64,000 nucleotides of DNA from Kiritimatiellia bacterium (GTDB lineage: Bacteria; Verrucomicrobiota; Kiritimatiellia; RFP12; JBMNHG01): the NCBI GenBank assembly GCA_050950285.1, contig JBMNHG010000006.1, forward strand, positions 169,167 to 233,166. Direction: 5' to 3'. Position 1 is the first letter of the stretch. Each line of letters begins with the position of its first letter. Positions 58,282 through 64,000 of this stretch are shown one piece after another. The notes under the pieces were generated by a model. The model worked only from the letters and a program-made list of their open reading frames with translations. It did no database searches and was not told where the DNA came from. The position numbers and the translations under genes are program-made.

Positions 58282-59658
58282 CTATTTGACGGACCGCGGG
58301 TTGGGAAACCCGTGCCGGTATGAATTGTGGCCGAGTTCTTCGTAGTCTTGGGCGGGAGCCCTTTCGTGGGCGGCTCGGACGATTTCCTCGATGCGGCGGA
58401 ATCCGGTGACGTTCCGGGTGCCGCAGTGGCCGGCGGTGGGGCTGGTGGTGATGGTCTTGTTTTTCGAAGGCATACGGTTGAAGGCGATGTAGACGCCGGA
58501 GGAGAAGCAGGTGTCGTCGGCGAAGCCGGAGGCGATGCAGACCTCGCAGCGGATGCGCTCCGAGAAGTAGATGTTGTCATAGTAGGCGGCGGCGGCGCGG
58601 ACGCGCTCGTCGCCGTCGTTGATGAGGCGCGGCCAGCCGGGATGGCGGGCAGGCGTGTCGAGCTCGGCGAAGTGATCGCATTGCGCGGGATCGTTGGCGA
58701 CGCAGAGGGTGACGTCGGGGTCGAGCGCGGCCCCGAGGAGGGCCTGGGAGCCGCCCATGCTGGTACCTTCGATGATGAGGTCGCGTCCGTTCCACTCGGG
58801 GAGCGTCTTGACGTATTCGAGGGCGCGGACGAGGCGCATGATCTGTCCGTGGAAGTAATAGGTGGCGCGGTATTCGCGGCCCTGGAGGGGGTAGTTCTCG
58901 GCGATGGTGGAAAAGAAGGCGTCGTAGTACTCCTTGGTCTCGCCATTGCGGCAGCCGTGGGCGTTGATGGAGAAGGTGATGGCGTTGTCGAAGAACATGC
59001 GGTAGGCGGAGGTGGTGCCGGCGCCGATGACGCGGACGATGACGGGCAGGGACTTCGGTTTCGCGTCTTTGGGGAGCGAGAGGTAGCCGGCGGTTGGCGT
59101 GCGGGAGAGGGCGGGGATGTAGACGTCGTACAGGTCGAAGTCCTCGCGGTCGGGGACCAGCGTGCGGGAGATCTTTTCGACGTCGAGAGGAACCTCTTTT
59201 TTCTGGCGGGCGATTTCGCCGTCCCAGTAGGCGTCGAAGTCGGCGGGTTTGGGGTGCGAGGCGCGGAGCTGTCCGGGGTCGAACATGACGCCGATGCCGA
59301 AGTGGCAGGCATGGCGGTTGCCGTTGCCGTCGATGTTGGCGACGCGGTTGATGCCGTCGGGTTCGTAGGCGCTGCCTTTGATGAAAATCTGACCGGGGTG
59401 ATCGAGTGACGGTTCGAGGACGAGCGGGGATTCCCCGATGACGGTGGTCTGTTCGGGACCGTATTCCACCCGGTATTTGAGGAGGCGTCCGATGGCGGGG
59501 GCGCCGTCTTCGAGGAGATGAATGGTGATGCGGGCGGTTTCACCGGCCTTGTAGACGGCGGGGTCGCGATCGACGGCAATGTCGAAGGTGAAATGTCCGG
59601 CGAAGGCGGAGATGGCGGCCAGGAGAACGTTCGACAAAGCAAGCAGTCGTTTCGACAT
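58282..59658 (-). CDS. Secreted acetylxylan esterase-like alpha/beta hydrolase (CE7/AXE1)
   Basis: PKPADFDAYW, INAHG, RALEYVKTLPEWNG, GTSMGG and GFADDTC motifs; same signal peptide start as the 53546 gene. Confidence 0.88.
   Translation of the reverse strand: MSKRLLALSNVLLAAISAFAGHFTFDIAVDRDPAVYKAGETARITIHLLEDGAPAIGRLLKYRVEYGPEQTTVIGESPLVLEPSLDHPGQIFIKGSAYEPDGINRVANIDGNGNRHACHFGIGVMFDPGQLRASHPKPADFDAYWDGEIARQKKEVPLDVEKISRTLVPDREDFDLYDVYIPALSRTPTAGYLSLPKDAKPKSLPVIVRVIGAGTTSAYRMFFDNAITFSINAHGCRNGETKEYYDAFFSTIAENYPLQGREYRATYYFHGQIMRLVRALEYVKTLPEWNGRDLIIEGTSMGGSQALLGAALDPDVTLCVANDPAQCDHFAELDTPARHPGWPRLINDGDERVRAAAAYYDNIYFSERIRCEVCIASGFADDTCFSSGVYIAFNRMPSKNKTITTSPTAGHCGTRNVTGFRRIEEIVRAAHERAPAQDYEELGHNSYRHGFPNPRSVK
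58297..58337 (+). repeat. Degenerate right-end remnant of the MITE-like element
   Basis: CGGGTTGGGAAACCCGTGCC-GGTATGAATTGTGGCCGAGTT (internal deletion; terminal AGTA missing). Confidence 0.75.
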
Positions 59659-59745
59659 GGAATACCTCCGGTTTCGTTGAACACCAACTTTGCTTGACGG
59701 TATCACGTCGGCCTCCATGGATGCAAGAGAGGTTTTGTCCAGGAC
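59616..59745 (-). repeat. 130-bp promoter/RBS/signal-peptide module, copy 2
   Basis: Direct repeat of 53504-53633 at offset 6112. Confidence 0.92.
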
Positions 59746-59992
59746 GCTGTTCTTCTGGATACCGGTTGCGTGAAGGCCTTCCACGCCCCCGCCAGGACGA
59801 AGATCGGCGGCTCCGGGCCCGAAAAACGCGGTTTCTGGCCCATCCGATTCCGATGAAGCCCGCCGAGGCGCCTGCATCGGCCTCTCCGGCGCGCCTCGGC
59901 GCGCACATGGCGGTTCGCGGCGCGCCGCTTTCCCCGGGGACAACGCCATGCGAAGGACATGGGGAAAAGTTTCGTATGAAACAATTTTCGTA

Positions 59993-60021
59993 TTGCAATC
60001 CCGCCGGGCGAGGGGTAGATT
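59993..60021 (+). promoter_or_regulatory. Putative sigma70 promoter for ackA-pta
   Basis: TTGCAA-17-TAGATT. Confidence 0.5.
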
Positions 60022-60082
60022 GAATGATTAATTCCCCGAGGCCGTCAGCACGGCCCTTCGCTCGCTCCAGAAAGGTATTCCA

Positions 60083-61306
60083 ATGGCTTCGCGCACGATT
60101 CGAACGGTGCTGGTCGTCAATTCCGGCAGCTCCTCCCTGAAGTACATGCTCTTCGACATGAAGGACGAGTCCATGCTCTGCAAGGGCATCGTCGAACGCA
60201 TCGGCATGCCGAACCCCAATCTCGTGTACGAGAAGGCCGGTTCGGGAAAAATCGCCGGCGGCGTCAAGGCGGACAACCACGGACAGGCCTTCGAGGCGGT
60301 CTGCGGCGCGCTTCTGGACAAGACGAACGGCGTTGTCGCCAGCCTGGAGGAGATCGATGCCATCGGCCATCGCGTCCTCCACGGCGGCATGGAGTTCACC
60401 GATCCCGTGAAGGTCGATGCCACCGTCAAGAAGGCGATCCGCAGGTGCTTTGATCTGGGCCCCCTGCACAATCCCGCGAATCTCATGGGCATCGAAGCCT
60501 GCGAAAAGAAGATGAAGGGCGTTCCCAACGTCGTGGTTTTCGACACCGGCTTCCACATGTCCATGCCCGAAGAGTCCTACCTCTACGCCATTCCGCTGAA
60601 GTACTACAAGAAATACGGCATCCGCAAGTACGGCTTCCATGGCACCTCCCACCACTACCTGACCGAGACTGCGGCAACGGTCCTCAAGAAGCCCCTGTCG
60701 AGACTCAATATCATCACCTGCCATCTCGGGAACGGCTCCTCGCTCGCCGCCATCCGGAACGGCAGGGTCTTCGACACCACGATGGGGCTCACCCCGCTCC
60801 AAGGGCTCATCATGGGGACTCGCTCTGGCGACATCGATCCCGCGGTCTGCTTCTTCCTCGCCAAGAAAGAGGGGCTCGACGCGGACCAGCTCGATACGCT
60901 CCTCAACAAGGAGAGCGGCCTCCTCGCCGTTTCCGGCACGGGTTCGAGCGACATGCGCGACCTTTGCGCCGCCGTCGAGGCCGGCAAGCCGCAGGCCAAG
61001 ATCGCCCTCGACATGTTCGCCCACCGCGTCGTCCTCTACGTCGGCGGCTATTACGCCCTCCTCGGCAAGGTGGACGGCATCGTCTTTTCCGGCGGCATCG
61101 GAGAGAACAGCCACGAGGCCCGCAAGGCCATCTGCGACCGCCTCGGCGGCATCGGCGTGAAGCTTGACAACAGGCTCAACAAGTCCACCCGCGCGACGCT
61201 CGCGAAGATCTCCGCCGCCACCTCGAAGATCCCCGTGTGGGTCATCCCCACCAACGAGGAGCTCATGATCGCCCGCGAAACCTTCCGGATCGCCTCCGGG
61301 AAATAG
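60083..61306 (+). CDS. ackA: Acetate kinase
   Basis: VVNSGSSSLK, GHRVLHGG, PLHNP, FDTGFH, YGFHGTSH, HLGNGSS, GTRSGDID and PTNEE motifs. Confidence 0.97.
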   Translation: MASRTIRTVLVVNSGSSSLKYMLFDMKDESMLCKGIVERIGMPNPNLVYEKAGSGKIAGGVKADNHGQAFEAVCGALLDKTNGVVASLEEIDAIGHRVLHGGMEFTDPVKVDATVKKAIRRCFDLGPLHNPANLMGIEACEKKMKGVPNVVVFDTGFHMSMPEESYLYAIPLKYYKKYGIRKYGFHGTSHHYLTETAATVLKKPLSRLNIITCHLGNGSSLAAIRNGRVFDTTMGLTPLQGLIMGTRSGDIDPAVCFFLAKKEGLDADQLDTLLNKESGLLAVSGTGSSDMRDLCAAVEAGKPQAKIALDMFAHRVVLYVGGYYALLGKVDGIVFSGGIGENSHEARKAICDRLGGIGVKLDNRLNKSTRATLAKISAATSKIPVWVIPTNEELMIARETFRIASGK

Positions 61307-61378
61307 CCCGCCCGCTGCAGACGGGAGCGCCCGTCGCACCCGTCCGCGCTTGACATCCACTCCCACGAAGAAATCCCC

Positions 61379-62392
61379 ATGAACTTCCTCGACACCATCT
61401 TCGCCAAAGCCAAGGCCGCCAACAAGCGCATCGTCCTCCCCGAAGGACAGGACCCCCGGGTGGTTTGCGCCGCAGTCCAAATCCAGCAGCGGAAGATTGC
61501 GACTCCCCTCGTGCTCGCCACCCCCGACGAACTCGCCAAAGCCGAGACCAAGGCCGGAGTCTCCCTTGCCTCCAACGGCATCGAAGTGCTCGACTACACC
61601 TCCTCCCCCGTCGCCGCAGAACTCGCCGCCGCCTTCTACGAGCGGCGCAAGGCCAAAGGCATGACCGAAGAGGAGGCGAACAAGACCGTCCGCGGCAAGC
61701 GCCTCTACTTCGGCAACATGATGCTCAACCGCGGCATGGCCGACGGCCTCGTCGCAGGCTCCATCGCCTCCACGCCCGACATGCTCCGCAGCGCCTTCCA
61801 CTGTGTCGGCACCGCCAAAGGCATCTCCCTGGCCTCCGCCTGCTTCGTGATGGACCTCAAGACCGCGACCGCCGCCGGCGACGGCGTGCTGCTGTATGCG
61901 GACAGCGCCGTGATCCCCAATCCCACCGCCGAGCAGCTCGTGGACATCGCCCAGGCCACCGCCGCGACGTACCGCGCGCTCGTCGGCAAGCAACCCCGGC
62001 TCGCCTTCCTCAGCTTCTCCACCAAAGGTTCCGCGAAGCATGAGTTCGTGGACAAGATGCGCATCGCCAAGGAGCTCACCGAGCAGCGCTTCGCCGAGAT
62101 CGGCCTCGATGCCGTGGTCGATGGCGAAATGCAGGCGGACGCCGCGCTCGTACCTTCCGTGGCTGCCTCGAAGAACACGTACGGAGCCATCCAGGGCGAC
62201 GCGAACATCCTGATCTTCCCGGATCTCCAGAGCGGCAACATCTGCTACAAGATCACCGAGCGGCTCGCCGGCGCCAACGCCTTCGGCCCCGTGCTCCAGG
62301 GCTTCGCCAAGCCGGTGAACGACCTCTCCCGCGGCTGCTCCGTCGGCGACATCGTGGGGGTCGCCGCCATCACCGTCTGCCAGGGTTTGTAA
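61379..62392 (+). CDS. pta: Phosphate acetyltransferase
   Basis: RIVLPEG, LSFSTKGS, DGEMQADAA, FPDLQSGNI.YK and PVNDLSRG motifs. Confidence 0.96.
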   Translation: MNFLDTIFAKAKAANKRIVLPEGQDPRVVCAAVQIQQRKIATPLVLATPDELAKAETKAGVSLASNGIEVLDYTSSPVAAELAAAFYERRKAKGMTEEEANKTVRGKRLYFGNMMLNRGMADGLVAGSIASTPDMLRSAFHCVGTAKGISLASACFVMDLKTATAAGDGVLLYADSAVIPNPTAEQLVDIAQATAATYRALVGKQPRLAFLSFSTKGSAKHEFVDKMRIAKELTEQRFAEIGLDAVVDGEMQADAALVPSVAASKNTYGAIQGDANILIFPDLQSGNICYKITERLAGANAFGPVLQGFAKPVNDLSRGCSVGDIVGVAAITVCQGL

Positions 62393-62437
62393 TCCCCGCC
62401 CGCCGGTGGAATCGGCGCCCGTCGCATCCGCGACCGG

Positions 62438-63574
62438 TCACAAGACGCTTCGGTAGCGGGCGACGGTCTCTTCGGCGGTTCGCGCCCAGGTGAACTGCCG
62501 CGCATGGGCGAAGGCGCTTTCGATGCGCCCGGCGCGGAAGGCGGAGTCCTCCAGCAAACGGCGGAGCTCCTGGCTCCACTGGCCGACGTCCTCGTCCTTC
62601 AACAGCGTGGCCGCGCCACCCAGGATTTCAGGGAGGGATCCGGCGGAAGAGGAAACCACCGGCGTTCCGCAGGCCATCGCCTCCAGGGGGGTGAACCCGA
62701 ACCCTTCCGACCTCGACGCCGTCGCATAGCAGGCGGCTCCGGAATACAATGCGGGGAGCCAGCGGTCGTCCACGTGGCCAAGAAACCGGATCCGGTCCGC
62801 GCATCGCAGCGATTTCATTTCGGCGACGATGCCCCCGTAGCCGAACGAGGGCGACCCGGCGAGGCAAAGCTCGATGTCGCGGTCGCCAAGCGCTTCGAGG
62901 ACCCTGCCCAGGAAGACCGGATTTTTGTTGGGATGGACAAGCCCCACGGAAAGCACATAGGGCCGTTCCAGCCCCAAGGCCTTCCGCATGAGGGCGATTT
63001 CGGAGGAAGAGGCCGGGCGATAGGTTTCGTGATCGATTCCAAGGTGGATGGGGAAGATCTTCCCCGCCGCTTCGGGAATGTACCGGGCGATATCGCCGGC
63101 GGAAAAACGGGAATCCGTGAGAATCGCATCCGCACGGAGGGCGTTCAGACGAATGGCGCGCCGATCCTTGGCCAGGGCCGGATGGCCCGGGAAACGCCAC
63201 GCCGCCATGTCGTGGATGGTGCAGACCATCCGCTGCCGCTTCGCAACGGGAACCGCCGCATGGGAGGCGATGTGGACAAGGTCGGCATCGCGGGGGGCAA
63301 TCGGGAAAAGACGCCGGATGCCGGGAAGGTTCCAGGCTCGTTCGTAGACGCGCGCGGGCAGTCGCGGCGCGGGATGAAAAGAAAACCGGCGGTCCCTCGC
63401 ACATTCGGGGCAGACCTTCCCGGCGGAGAAAGCGCGGAAGAAATCGACGAAGAAGAGGGCGACGGCGTCTTCCTCGCCCAATGGTCCGGGGAAGGCGCGC
63501 GCCAGGCGATTCACATACCGTCCGATGCCGGAGCGGCTTCCGATGCCGTAGGTGAACTCGAGGGCAACATTCAT
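62438..63574 (-). CDS. Glycosyltransferase family 4
   Basis: SGIGRY, TIHD, HPNKN, EGFGFTPLEAMACGTPVV and FTW..TA motifs. Confidence 0.92.
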   Translation of the reverse strand: MNVALEFTYGIGSRSGIGRYVNRLARAFPGPLGEEDAVALFFVDFFRAFSAGKVCPECARDRRFSFHPAPRLPARVYERAWNLPGIRRLFPIAPRDADLVHIASHAAVPVAKRQRMVCTIHDMAAWRFPGHPALAKDRRAIRLNALRADAILTDSRFSAGDIARYIPEAAGKIFPIHLGIDHETYRPASSSEIALMRKALGLERPYVLSVGLVHPNKNPVFLGRVLEALGDRDIELCLAGSPSFGYGGIVAEMKSLRCADRIRFLGHVDDRWLPALYSGAACYATASRSEGFGFTPLEAMACGTPVVSSSAGSLPEILGGAATLLKDEDVGQWSQELRRLLEDSAFRAGRIESAFAHARQFTWARTAEETVARYRSVL

Positions 63575-63615
63575 CGATGGGCTTTTGTTTCGGGCGGAAG
63601 GCCTCGCGCTTCGAT

Positions 63616-64000
63616 TCACGGGGAAGGCGGACGTTGGAGCCTCGTGGAAAAAATCGCATGGTAGGCCCATCCGTCGCGGGATTCGGAATGGATGTCCAGC
63701 CGGTCGCGGGAGGATTCGTCTTCGGGGGCACGGGACAAGATTCGCTTCAGGCGCCTCTTGTAGTCGTCCGCCACCTCGCCGGTCCAGGCCGAACCGGGTT
63801 CGGGCTGCGTGCGGAAAACATCGGGGAAACGATCCGAGGGCAGGTTGCCCGGCTCGTCGAACCGCGCAAGTTCGCGTTCGGCATGGAGACGGGCGAGTTC
63901 CGCCGCGGCCGCCGCATCCCCGCCCTCCAGCACGGCGGCGTAGGCGATCCGGATGAGGAAGCGGCGTCCCCCCTCGGTCTCGACCCACAGGACGAGCGCC
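63616..64000 (-). CDS. Hypothetical protein, partial (5' end outside the window)
   Basis: Open frame from the right edge to the stop at 63616. Confidence 0.5.
   Translation of the reverse strand, partial: ALVLWVETEGGRRFLIRIAYAAVLEGGDAAAAAELARLHAERELARFDEPGNLPSDRFPDVFRTQPEPGSAWTGEVADDYKRRLKRILSRAPEDESSRDRLDIHSESRDGWAYHAIFSTRLQRPPSP

Noticed and set aside
1..64000. tRNA or rRNA genes
   Set aside because: None recognised in the intergenic regions by eye.

Overview
GC-rich bacterial DNA. The protein style suggests a PVC-group organism such as Kiritimatiellae or Lentisphaerae; this is inference only. Positions 1-19.4 kb hold a same-strand array of at least six modular secreted-protein paralogues, built from Gly-rich beta-helix repeats and Cys/Tyr-rich 25-aa LRR-like repeats and ending in a shared 'RFFKV' domain. 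The genes are separated by a conserved spacer made of a heptamer-repeat hairpin and a telomere-like (GGGGTTA)n tract. The array shows near-identical swapped blocks, a degenerate head gene, a deletion-damaged member, and one member split by an ISKra4/ISLre2-like IS. That IS has two divergent genes sharing a 56-bp palindromic promoter/RBS. A 154-bp MITE-like element occurs four times: as a 6x121-bp tandem amplification, an inverted full copy and two remnants. The 20-47 kb region is mostly housekeeping (murI, TolC/MFP, GH38, alaS, pcnB, proS, HU, hisS, DUF58/BatA, Nudix, corrinoid protein, radical SAM). The 47-60 kb region is a rearranged accessory block in which two unrelated secreted proteins share a 130-bp promoter/RBS/signal-peptide module. 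The window ends with ackA-pta and a GT4 glycosyltransferase.
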